Shown here: in pieces, positions 41,277 to 52,240 of the stretch | Layout of the letters: each line of letters opens with the position of its first letter | How positions within the stretch are numbered: the stretch's first letter is position 1 | Assembly: GCA_002104905.1 (NCBI GenBank) | Contig: MCFE01000595.1 | Span: 1-54,839, forward strand | Direction of reading: 5' to 3' | Source: Basidiobolus meristosporus CBS 931.73 | Lineage: Eukaryota > Fungi > Basidiobolomycota | DNA: 54,839 nucleotides | Program-made: the position numbers and the translations under genes | The notes under the pieces: generated by a model | The model's database searches: none | What the model was told of the DNA's origin: nothing | The model's input: only the letters and a program-made list of their open reading frames with translations

Positions 41277-43320
41277 TCAATGCTTGTGCTTTTTACCCGA
41301 GCCAGCGCTGAATGTCTTCAGAGGATCAGACTTGCGCTTCTGTGGATCGAGTTAGATGGTGCGCTCTTTAACATTGGATCAGCAACTAAGACTTTACCTT
41401 ATTTCCGGAAAACTTCTGCTTGCCGCCTCTTCTCCTGTTGTCGTTTTTCTTGAATGGAATGTGGCCGAGAGAGGCGTTTCCGTTGTCGCCAGCAGCGGGT
41501 CCTGCGATCTTGGGCATAAGATATTCAGGGACGTGCTTCAAATGGCTTTGTACGCGGCTAGGATGTAGCGGTTTGTCGTGGCGAAGGTAAGCAAGATCCT
41601 TGGGCTTGTCTTCGAAGTGAGCCTTTAATTTCTCCGAGTGCAGGATTTCATGCTTCAACTCCTTGATACGAGCCTCGCGGACTGCGACTCGAGTGACGGC
41701 ACGGAGAGCATCCTCAATTCTGTACTTGAAGCCCTCGACCTGCTTCATGTCAAACATATAGGGCTTGATGGTGGCTCCTTCGTCCGCTTGTTGCTTTTCC
41801 ACTCTGGCGAACACTGTCTCATCGCTGGTCGCGTTCTTCTTTCCCTCTTCTTTTGTCACTACAAACGATAAACTCATTCCCTTCTGGCCACCACGAGCAG
41901 TACGGCCAACGCGGTGAGTGTAAGACTTAGCAGACTTGGGGAAGTCGAAATTGATGACTGCTGCAACATTCTGGAAATCTACTCCTCTGGACACACCATA
42001 CTCCTTGTCTGGGCGATGAGACTTCTTACGCTTGGTCGACTTCTTCTTGGCGTCCTCGCTCGCTTCTTCCTCACCCTCACCAGTTTCTTTGCTCTCGGGG
42101 GTGGCTTCCTCGTCGGACTCTGAATCCTCATCATCAGTGTCTTTCTCCCCTTGAAGGGCGCTCTCGTCGGTTGCGATGATGTAGTCGTAGATTCCTTTGT
42201 TGAACTCTTGAACAATGTGGTATCTGGAGTTCAGTGGAAGCTCAGAGTTGAGCGTACACGATTTGATGGAGAATTGCTCCAAAAAGAGCTTCAAGCGATA
42301 ACAACGCTCAATGTCATTCACGAACAATACACACTTGCCCTTGATCAGTCTCAATTTGAGGATCACGTAAATCAACAGGAATTTCTCGTTCTCGGTGCAT
42401 CTAACACAGTACTGGGTTAGGTTGTCCACATCATCCTTCTCCTCCTCCAGCTTCAAGATGGCAGGGTTTCGAAGAATGAGCGCCTTTAGGCTTTCTACGT
42501 CCTTGGTGAGTGTTGCCGACATGAGGAAGGATTGATAGATCTTCGGAAGGAAGGTAAGAATCTTTCGCACATCCTCCTCATAACCGAAAGACAAGACGAG
42601 ATCAGCCTCGTCGATCACAAGGGTCTCCAGGGTATCACGGAGGCTCAGACTCTATAAGGTTTGGTTAGTGGGTGGCTTACGTCAACAACTACACAAAAGC
42701 CTACATTAGACTCAAGATGGGCCAACACACGGCTAGGCGTTGCCACAATAACGTCAGGCTTTTCGGCAAGCATGGGTCTAATTGATGGGAGGGGGAGTAA
42801 GTACTCTGCCGGAAACTACTATTATGGAGTTGAAACACACTTCTGAAGCTGGACTGGGATGTTTCCTGCGATATTCACCACGCTGATTTCTTTGGTGCAA
42901 TAAGTGATTAGCTTTTTGATATGATCGGTGACCTGCTCGGCCAATTCTCTGGTTGGCACCAAGATCAAGGCTCTGATAGCTACAAATTCGGGATCAGTGG
43001 GAGAAAGCGCCTGGAAAATTTCGACCCCAGGATAAGTATTAGTAAAAGCGCCAATAATGGACGCGTGACTCGGGCAAAATACCAACCTCTTTTTTCTTTA
43101 AAAGTTTCTCCAGGGTCGGCAAGCAGTAAGCAGCAGTTTTTCCCGAACCAGTCCTGGCTCTAGCCAGGATATCCTTACCGGAAAGGGCGAGGGGGATGGC
43201 TTTGGATTGAATCAAAGTTGGGTTGCTGAACCCAATTTTGGAAATTGCTCTCAACAAGCGGTCATCAAGATCGAAGGAAGCAAATCCCTGCTCGTGGTCT
43301 ATAAGTGCTGCTTCAGCCAT
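41277..43320 (-). CDS. DBP9: DEAD-box RNA helicase DBP9/DDX56, multi-exon
   Basis: [45 protein letters not shown]-terminal HVPEYLMP and KSDPLKTF. Confidence 0.92.
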
Positions 43321-43485
43321 GGTGTTTAAGAGTACGGTATATACGAGGAAAGAAAACAAATATACACTAAGAACTTTCGATCGCCAAAAATCAAGAATAG
43401 TCGATAGTTTTAATGGGCTAAGCGATCGAAGAAAAAAAAACTAAACAGTCTCGTCAATCGAAGCTGAAAAAATCCAACAATGAGT

Positions 43486-43508
43486 GGGTTTGGGTTAGGG
43501 TTAGGGTT
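43486..43508 (+). repeat. Interstitial telomere-like tract GGGTTTGGGTTAGGGTTAGGGTT in the divergent DBP9 / MIC26-27 intergenic region
   Basis: Read directly; same orientation as the terminal telomere. Confidence 0.7.
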
Positions 43509-43689
43509 GTGGGCTTAAGGTTATGATTACCCCAAATTGAATTTGATCTGGCTACACTTCTTTTTGGCCAGACTGGGGTAAATGAACATTCGCCATCAAG
43601 CAACCTTCGTTTTCTAAATATTATTTGCAGTCCGAGAAGTGCCTCTTCGTCGTTCCCCAATAAGTTACATATATACAGCAATTACTACA

Positions 43690-44730
43690 ATGGTTGAGCA
43701 ACTTCGCCCCGAGGAAACCAAGGTTCGACCTCTCTTTTCTTCTATACAATAGCCGTTGGCACTAACATATACCAGCTAAGCATTTACGACGAACCTGTTG
43801 TTCCCGTTGTTGTGATTGAGGAGTCCACTCGTTTGGAAACTCTGGGTAGACATCTACGTGGCGTTTTGAAAGATAACCTCAACTATGTGCAAGTAAAATC
43901 CCTTTTGTCACGACTGTAATTTTTTCTCTGTGATCTAACCAAACCAACCAGAATCAAGTCCAAGGTCTCGTGAACGAATGGATACGTGTTGAACAAAGAG
44001 TAGAAAGTAAAACCTTTTTGGTAATCACCATACCAGTATAAAGTGCTTGACTAAACACTTTTGATTTAATTAGCTACTGTCAAGCAGATAGTTCCCAGAA
44101 CTGAAAAAGTTTTCCCCGGTGCATTCTATATACTTGTTTCCGGAATGGCTGGAAGTATTTTTGCTCGTAAAAGTGTGTGAACCAAGGCCTTGAATGCCAT
44201 AGTTGTTGGTTTGAATTTCCCGATCATAATATTAACTTTTCTCTCTAGGAAATGTTCTATTCAAGATTGCTGCTCCTATCACCTTTGCCACTGCTTCGTC
44301 TTTCTACTTCCTTCCTAAAACTTCACGCTCGGTTACCTTCCACCTTTTGCGTAAATTCGATGAGAACAAGGTCGCCAAAGCAGAGGTAGCCCAGGTCAAG
44401 AACCGTCTTACTGATGTTGCTTCAGATATTTCCCACAAAGTCAGTGAAGTATCCGAAGGCATTGGTGCTGCCGCTGACAAGCAAAAAGCCAAGGTTGAAG
44501 TGTTAGTCGAGGAGGTACAAGATGCCAAGTCCAAGGTCACAGATACAGTCAGTGAAGTGATACATGAAACGAAGAAACAAGTAGAGAAGGTAGTTGAGAA
44601 CTCCAAAGAAAGCATCGGGGACCTAGTCACTAGCCAGCAGCAATCTACCGAAACTGAGGTTTTGCCCGCTGTCAATTCAGTTCAAGAGAACTCTTCTGTG
44701 ATCGTTGATCAAGGTGAAAAATCCGCCTAA
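43690..44730 (+). CDS. MICOS subunit MIC26/MIC27 (apolipoprotein O-like), multi-exon
   Basis: KLSIYDEP.., FPGAFYILVSGMAGSIFARK|RNVLFKIAAPITFATASSFYFLPKT pattern followed by a charged helical tail. Confidence 0.7.
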
Positions 44731-45599
44731 ACCGCAAGGATATCCATTCATAACACATTTAAAACAAGAAAATAAACAGCATACACACAGCTTCATAAGA
44801 CAAATGCTCTTCAGGAATATTTTGTATATATAAATATATCCTAACGTATGTAAATCTTCTCGTTTTGTACATCGAAGCCTACTTGTAAACTGTATCTCTT
44901 GCCTATGAGTTAGGATACCCCGGCATAATATATCGAAACTTGTGAAATAGCGATCGAAGCTGCGAGATAAATACTTTGTACGTTTCATGATTCTTGAATT
45001 ATAATAGGTGAAGACCCAGAAGGCCTTTACAAAAATTACTTTCCCGACTTCTTCAAGTCGTGAAAGTGGGGTATTGGTAGTAGTTTTCAATCAGCAATAA
45101 CCCAACCTCAGTTGAAACTTCACAGGTGTGGGTATACCAATGCACAAGGATGCAGATTCCCAAGACGAGGTGCGAAATTTATACAATGGTGGATTTCATG
45201 GGATGTATATTAAATCCATATACGGTCAATTTTTTCCATTTATTAATGTCAATTTTGGAAATAATTCGTATTACTCTTAAACTACGGAAATATAGAAATA
45301 ATCACTAGCTCCGCTAGATCCTGGACTCTGATTTGAACATAGTTGTATGCCTAAATCCTCGGAAGAAATTTACAATTTATCATGTATTCGCATTCAGAAG
45401 AGTAAACTGCATGCCAGGATTGATATACTTATTGCTACCTTTCGGTGTGGATGTCCATATGTTGCGATGTAAAAGATTGTTTCTTTCAATATCCTACTAA
45501 AGTAAACGAGAGAAGATGAAACATGGAATGAATGGTAGAAAACGGTATGACACCCTTCGCTTGACCTGATGATAGAGAATTGTACTAATGGGACTGAAG

Positions 45600-46312
45600 G
45601 TGATTGTCAGACACCGCGTCCCATGGGGGAAAGGTAGATCCTAAGCAGTTGAACTTGGATAAGGTCACTCACATCAAATATGATAAATTATTAGCATGTT
45701 ATCTTCAATCACACCGAGCCGCTCCCCAAAGACACTCACTTTCTTTGCCAGGCTTTGGAGTGTTGACCAAGAAGACAGCTGACCCCACTGAGGTCACCAT
45801 TGACAAGTACTATGATGGGAGCAGAATTTGCAGGCTGAAGCAACTCGGGGGTGCTAATGGAGTGAATACCTTCATCTCGCTAGGAGGGTAGACAGGCAGT
45901 CAGACGTTCTCCACTGTTGTGAGGGAATTTCAGCAGCAATGCAGCCCGGCTACAACGCCAACTTCAATGGTTAGAATTGATATCGGCTGGGAGTACCCAG
46001 ACAGAAACGATACCACCTGTAACGTGGTTGACAAGAGTGACAGTGCCAGTCACCTGATCCTCCAAAAGGTGTCAAGTCGGGGCTCCGTAGAGTGATGTGT
46101 TATGATATGAGTCATGACTCGAATGATAAGCTACTCGATGTACTCCAAGGAGTCGATGGCACTGGCTCCGGATCCTCATTGACCACCAGCACACCAGCGC
46201 CCAAAATCGTCAGTACCATGAAGCCCACCACCACTGTCACATCGCAGATACTTCAGGAAGTCCAGGCAGCAACAATCAGAATGTATGGACTGATCTAGGT
46301 GCCTGCTGGTGA
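45600..46312 (+). pseudogene. Degenerate, internally deleted copy of the array chitinase
   Basis: GKVDPKQLNLDKVTHIKY, retained intron, GFGVLTKKTADPTEVTIDKYYDG, ISLGG-stop (TAG at the Trp), WEYP, DMSHDSNDKLL, NQNVWTDLGAC; large parts missing. Confidence 0.9.
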
Positions 46313-46634
46313 TTGATTGCTACCCGAGTGTGCGTCAAGTTTCGATTCTACTGACCGATAAAGTAATTTTATGCTTTTATTCAGATATGAACGCCTGTGT
46401 CTATTTATATTTCGGCCTTTTTTCAAGATTCATGCTCCGAAGGCCATAAAACCTGTCTACTCCACTGCACAGCAGTAATATACCTATTTGATGAGCAAGA
46501 CAAACACACGGAACCAATTTAGACCTGCTCTACATGCGGAATGGTACAAATATTGTTAGATTGTCCACTATTCTACAATAGAGTTGGTGATGGAAGTGTG
46601 ATTTTATTTCAACTCAACATGAGGATTTCCGTAT

Positions 46635-47158
46635 TTATACTCCGGGTGTTACTTGGAAAAGTGCACAGTAGTTCTTTGCGCAAGTGGCATTATCAAAATT
46701 GCAATCCGAGTCTTTGTTGCATGTCTGATGGCTGGTTCCGCTAGTAAAATGGTTACTCTTAGTTGAATTCTATATTCCACATTTGTCAAGTAGTTTACCT
46801 TTTAGCACCACTCTGGGGCGCTTTGTAGTGGAGCAGTACACCTTATGCCTTATGAGATGGCCCCTATGTCGCCGTGGTACTGCCAAGAATGTGAATGCAT
46901 GGTCTCACTTAACATTTTGGGTTTGTCACGTACTCTTTGCCAGCAGTAACCTTTGTGACAGCCGCAGATATCTTTTCCTCCTTTTTGCTTAGTTGCCCCA
47001 CAGATAAGCCCAGTGTTGTCCCAGCTTTTTTTGACTTTTTCAAAGTGGTCAAGTGCGTCGAAGAGTACCTCTACCCCGTTGGAAGCGTCGAGATTCCGTT
47101 TTTCCACGTGGTTTTCAGGCTGATCCAAGTTGGTAGTAAATTCTTGAATCAGCTTCAC
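46635..47158 (-). pseudogene. Probable relic of a small Cys-rich protein gene
   Basis: CGCHKGYCWQ...APEWC, then after a GT..TAG intron (46798-46741) GTSHQTCNKDSDCNFDNATCAKNYC; stops and a frameshift break the model. Confidence 0.35.
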
Positions 47159-48014
47159 ACATTCTTTGAGTCTTTATTCCATACCGACCGGAATGGATGT
47201 CAAAGAGACCGGAAAATCATCACTACATGCTATAACATGTTTGTATAACTCTACATACTTAGCGGAAGCGGTAATCTCAGGTTGGTTACGATCAAAAGGA
47301 GCAGCCAGGGCGGGCGCAAGCATGGACAGCACGACAATACCAGTAATGATGAAGCTGTCAGAGAAATGTATTTTTATGTTGGATGTATGTTGGCCATACT
47401 GACAAGCATTATATATACAAGGAGTTTATCAATAGCTGCAACAAACACTAAGGAAAACTTTGAAGCTACTCTCATGTATATACTCCACCAGTATTTGACA
47501 ATGCCCATTATCGTTTACATACACGGACACCACTTCACCAATTAGTGAACTTACAAGTAATTTGTCGTGTACTTGCCAACGCAGTTAGCAAGGCTGGCAA
47601 ATTCGGTTTGGAGGGCGCTAAAGTATAGCCTTGTACCTTATAACACTTCCCCACTTGACATTGATGTGTAATATGCGCAAAGCTAAATATTTCAATCAGC
47701 TCGTTAGTATTACCAATGCTTTGTAAGATAGTAAGCTTTGGAGATAGTTGACCACATGACATTTCATCATCAGTGATTGCTACATTCCTTGGCCGATTGT
47801 AGTATTCTGGCTTTGCATTGCCTGATTTGGTATTTTGGCTGTGGATACAGGAGGGGTCTCCACCATTTACAGGATCATCCACTTAATACTCTACTGACAG
47901 GTACCTGATTGGTTAGTGTGCAACAGTCTAATACAACCATATTAATGGATGTCTTCTGTAGGCTGTATTTTACCATAAAAAGCAATAGCTCAATCCATCT
48001 GGAGTGGTTCTTAC

Positions 48015-48235
48015 TGTTATAAGAGTTTTGGAGATATTACAAGTTATTGGGAGAACAAGTAGATTATGTGGTTTTGTTGTAAAAATTTGTAATTCCACCT
48101 ACATATTTACCTAACTTAGTCACTTAAATTGTTACCTACAAGTCTGAGAGAATTCTGAGCAAACTCCTTGTTGGAATTTACTTGGTATATTTTTGCCATA
48201 ACATCAGGTACCCAAAATATGAAAATTCTCAAAGT
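48015..48235. repeat. LTR-like scraps: 48015-48074 matches 11216-11275 (same strand); 48075-48235 matches the reverse complement of ~11400-11559
   Basis: TAAGAGTTTTGGAGATATTACAAGTTATTGGGAGAACAAG vs TAAGAGTTCTTGGAGATATTGGAAGTGATTGGGAGAACAAG; shared CCTAACTTAGTCACTT and AACTCCTTGTTGG blocks in inverted orientation. Confidence 0.7.
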
Positions 48236-48249
48236 TTTTCAAACAGCCC

Positions 48250-48409
48250 TTAGGGGGGGGGGAGAACACAGTCACCAACAGGTGAAATCATTATTTCAAT
48301 TGAAACAAAGAAGCCAGTGCTACTGTTGTAACTCTGATCCAGGAGTGTGTAGCTGAGGGAAATTGGTAGGTAAGTCAATAAGGAGAGATGATGGTTCTTC
48401 AATGCTCAA
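48250..48409 (-). mobile_element. Older 160-bp 3'-end fragment of telomeric retroelement family A
   Basis: TTAG(G)n junction + double hairpin + RT 3' coding end; alignable to 49760-49917 with scattered substitutions. Confidence 0.85.
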
Positions 48410-48595
48410 TGTTGTAAGAGTCTTGGAGATTTCTATGAAAAATTATTGTGATGATCCTGTCAAAAGGCCATCCAAAATTCTAAATCCTGTGACTAAGAGG
48501 TCCTGATCCCATCAGGACACCATGCAAAAACCATCAAAAAAATAATTGCACCCCAGATTTCACAAAAAACATGGTCAAAATTTTTCATCACAACA
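48410..48595. repeat. Short LTR-like piece TGTTGTAAGAGTCTTGGAGAT...CACAACA
   Basis: Start matches the 48015/11216 family; TGTTG...CAACA ends; no target-site duplication seen. Confidence 0.4.
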
Positions 48596-49759
48596 ATACT
48601 AAAGTGGCTTTTGATTGGTTCTCTGCAATTTTCTCACTTTCTGATCCTGGACACTCTATCACCTCCTATGTTTGTGTGCATTGATTGACTATTGCCTCTT
48701 TTTCACACTCCTTACTTCCTGACTCAACCATTTCTCTTACTTTTCATGCATACAAATTGATTTATTACTGTTGAAACTTCAGTTGTACCTCAGTTGCCAA
48801 TTGTATCAACCTATACAGGTCCCTATACCCTACACTAACATTAAGCCCACCCCACACTCAACAAGTAACTCCATTAAAATCCACCACTCAATAAGTATTT
48901 CTGCAGTAATGATCTGTTTCCATGACTTTAGTGGGAACCCTATGGCTTTGTGCCACTGTTCTTTCACTGGTTCCAATATGTCCTGGTCTTCAGCTGGCAC
49001 TGCAAGGTCTAGCACTTCATCTGCCAGTTGTTGCAATAAATCCTTGCAATATTCAAGTGCATTTTCTTGAGCACTGCTCTTGAAGAAGTGCTGCAACCTC
49101 TTGGTGTGCCTATTAATATTCCAACTTCCACTGAAGGCATTGTGATAGTCTTTTGAGCTCTTGACATTGTAGTCTTGTCTGTCAGTGGGATTTCCACTCT
49201 GTCAACAATGGAGGATGTGGAGGCTGTGGTAGACAAATTGCCTTTCTCTGCAAAGTCATCTACCTTACTGGAGTGTAGCTCAACTGGCTGCGCTTCCAAC
49301 TCTTGTGAAAACAGCTGTTTTCTTGTTGGTAACTCTTCTTGGCTATGATGGGACCCAGTCTGTTCTGGGCTTATGGTATTGATTGGCAAGAACTGCAGCT
49401 TTTTTCTCACACTTCCCTGTCTCTAGCTTGGGCAGACCTTTTTCCCTTTACCTTTTCCTTTATCACTGCCAGGTATTTCACTACTACCTTTTCTGAGTAC
49501 TTTGTGTATTGAACTACATTTTCTCCTTGATAAATGCTGCTCTAATGCATCTGTTTTGGCCAGCTTGTCCCTTGCTGGCACTCTGCAGGCAACCTGACAC
49601 TACTTTCTGGCTTATTTTGTGCCCTTAGCCCATGGTGTGACAGGCACCTGAGGTAGATGCTGGTTTTAATACTGCCAGGTCCTTCACTGCTACTTTGACT
49701 GAGTGCTTCTTGAGTAGAACTAGACTTTTTCCTTAATAAACATTGTGCTGATGCATCTG

Positions 49760-51596
49760 TTAGGGTTAGGGGGAGACAGTCACCAACAGGTGAAATCTTT
49801 ATTTCAGTTGAAACAAAGAAGCCAGTGCTACTGTTGTAGCTTTGATACAAGAGTGTGTAGCTGAGGGGAACTTGTAGGTAAGTTAATAAGAAGTGATGAT
49901 AGTTCTTCAGTGCTCAAGACACTGTTCAGTGGGAAGGGGGGTAGCAAGAGAGGTAAGAATGACTTGTGAACAACATTAATGAGGGGAATGTGATAAGGAT
50001 TGATATTCATCATAAAGGGAGTGTGCTGCTGCAGATATTGCTGCCAAAGGTCTGTCAAGTACTTCAGGTAGGCCAGCTTGGGTTTTTTGGACTGCAGAAT
50101 ATAGTGAGCAAACTTCTTGACTTCAGGATCTCCAAGTATAGTTCTCCAGCAGGAGTCAGGTGTAGTGTGGTGTGTTCTCTTCCAGGCCTTAATCAGTGGG
50201 TTGTTGCAGTTGTGAAGTCTGAGGTATAATCTGGTTCTAAGGTAGAGAAGTCTGATCTTATAGGGCATAAACCCAAAAGCACCAAGAATAGCATGTCTGT
50301 AGGGGCATTCAGGCAAATGAGGCACCGGGGAGGTAATGCACCATACTGCAAACTTGTCAAGCTTAGAGCAGTCTCCAGAAGTAAGAGAGAGAAGTGGTAA
50401 GCCAAATTCCAGGACAGGGAAGACAAACTGCTTGAGTAGAAGGAGGCAGCTGGGAGCTGAAGTTGTAGGAGGAGTAACAGCCAGTAGCTTGTGGAGTGCC
50501 TGTCTTGCCAGGATAATTCTCTTCTTCAGGTGTGCTCCAGAGTCTAGTCCAGTAGGAAGGAAAGGAAAGCCAAGATATGTAGCAGAAACCTGAGCAGGTA
50601 GAGTGGAGTTCTCCAAGTTGATGGGAGAGCCCCAAGGTACTGTCTTTGCAATGGAAAGCTGGAGATTGTTCTTCTGCAGATACTGGTGGATGGTCTGGGA
50701 GTCTTGTTGCACATTGGAGGAGGATATTCTGATGTCATCAGCAAAGAGAGTAACCAGGCAGTCAGCTGAGAGTCTTGGGAAATCATTCAGGAAGATGGCA
50801 AACAGTATAGGACCAAGCACAGAGCCTTGAACCACTCCATTAGGAACTGAGAATACAGCTGATTGCTCACTTGGGTGCAGAATTCTTGCTTGTGGATCCA
50901 GAAACAGAGACCTGACAAGGAGGGTGAGAGAGGTACTGGAGAAGCATTGCAACTTGGACCAAAGCAGATTTCTGTCAACTGAATCAAAGGCCTTAGTAAT
51001 ATCAAACAGAACAGAGGGATACTTGCACTGGAGAGAGTGATCTTGGCTAAGTATGACTGCATATTCCAAGGAGAGGCCAGGAACAAAGCCAAACTGTGCA
51101 GGATGAAACTTGAGGGAGTCAGAGTAGAGCTCCTGAGCAAGCAGAAGCTCAAACACCTTTCTGCAGGTTGGCAGCAGAGATATTGGCCTGTAGGAGCTAG
51201 GATCCAGGTGCTTTCATTTACCCTTGTACAGTGGCAGAACATTTGCAAAGGACCATTCCTCAGGAGTAGAAAGCTGGGCTGAGCATTGCTGAAACAGTGA
51301 AAGCAGAAGTGCAGACATGGCCTTGGTACTAGTCTTCAGAAGCTCATAGGAGATTGTGTCCACACCTGGAGCAGTAGAGTTGGGAAGCCTCTTGAGCACA
51401 TTATAGACTCTCCTTTGATCAAGTGCAAGTGGGATGGGCAGAGTCTTGAAGTCAGGATGAAAGCCAGGAGTTGAGTACTGCTTTGTAGAGAAGAAGATGT
51501 TAGCCAGCTGTTCTGTTGAAGGTAACTTCCTGGAAGAGGGCCTCATTGCCCTGTAGAGTCTTGATACTGTTCTTGTTATAGAGTTGGAAGATTGCA
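49760..51596 (-). mobile_element. Telomere-associated non-LTR-type RT element, family A; ORF of about 590 codons (~51596-49828) with one in-frame TGA at 51214-51216; no endonuclease seen
   Basis: TAPGVD, PLYKGK*KHLDPSSYRPISLL, QFGF, DITKAFDSV, GVVQGSVLGPILF, FADD, TYLGF; ORF segments 51214-51615 and 49828-51156 share one frame; 3' end = double hairpin + CCCCCTAACCCTAA. Confidence 0.88.
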
Positions 51597-52240
51597 GGGG
51601 AGGGAAAGTCACCAAGGCAGGTGAAATCTTTATTTGATTTCAGACAAGTCTAACTACAAATAAAGAAGCCAGCTGGGAATAGAAGATTCCCACAATAAAC
51701 ACTAAGTTGAATATGAATAAATCTAAGCTAAAGTTAAGGCAGTATCCCAGAGTACACTGGAGTTCAGGTTCATGGGGGAGTGAAGTAGATAAGCTTGAGA
51801 GATATAATAATCTTTGAGGAAGTGAGTAACAGCAGGTGAAGGGGAGTTTTTGATAAGTGAAGTGAATCTTGAGAGCAGAGATTCCTCTAATGAGAAGGTC
51901 TTGTAAACTGGAGAATCAGGAAACTCTTTAAAGGCATGATCAGTAGGTTCCCATTAAAACTGGTCAGAGACATTTTGAGAGAATTGTTTAGCAATACTTT
52001 GGTCAAGTACTACCTCCAGAGTGTGATGGTTGATAAATCTCATATTAACAATCTTGGACAAATTGTAACCTTGTTGCTTGAGATACATCCTATGCTCAGA
52101 TATAGGAATAAACTCCACATTGGCAAAGTAGCAGACAGCCCAGTCAGTAGCAGGAGGCAAATCAGAAGTGGCAGGAAACTTTCTTTTAGTCTTGGGAGGA
52201 GCAGCAGGATGTCTTGAGGAAGCAGGAACAGACTTTTTGA
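51597..52240 (-). mobile_element. RT-less unit B: 5'-truncated ORF (~52240-51723, one in-frame TAA at 51954-51956) followed by the same double-hairpin 3' end
   Basis: Frame continues past the TAA (WEPTDHAFKEF..RFTSLIKNSPSPAVTHFLKDYY..); double hairpin at 51609-51666; joined to unit A through AGGGG. Confidence 0.65.

Noticed and set aside
49904-49910. CTGAAGA (hammerhead CUGANGA-like) on the minus strand near the recurrent truncation point, with a GUC just upstream
   Set aside because: No convincing stems I-III or correctly placed GAAA, and the word is not conserved in the 48250 copy or in family C, so no ribozyme is called.
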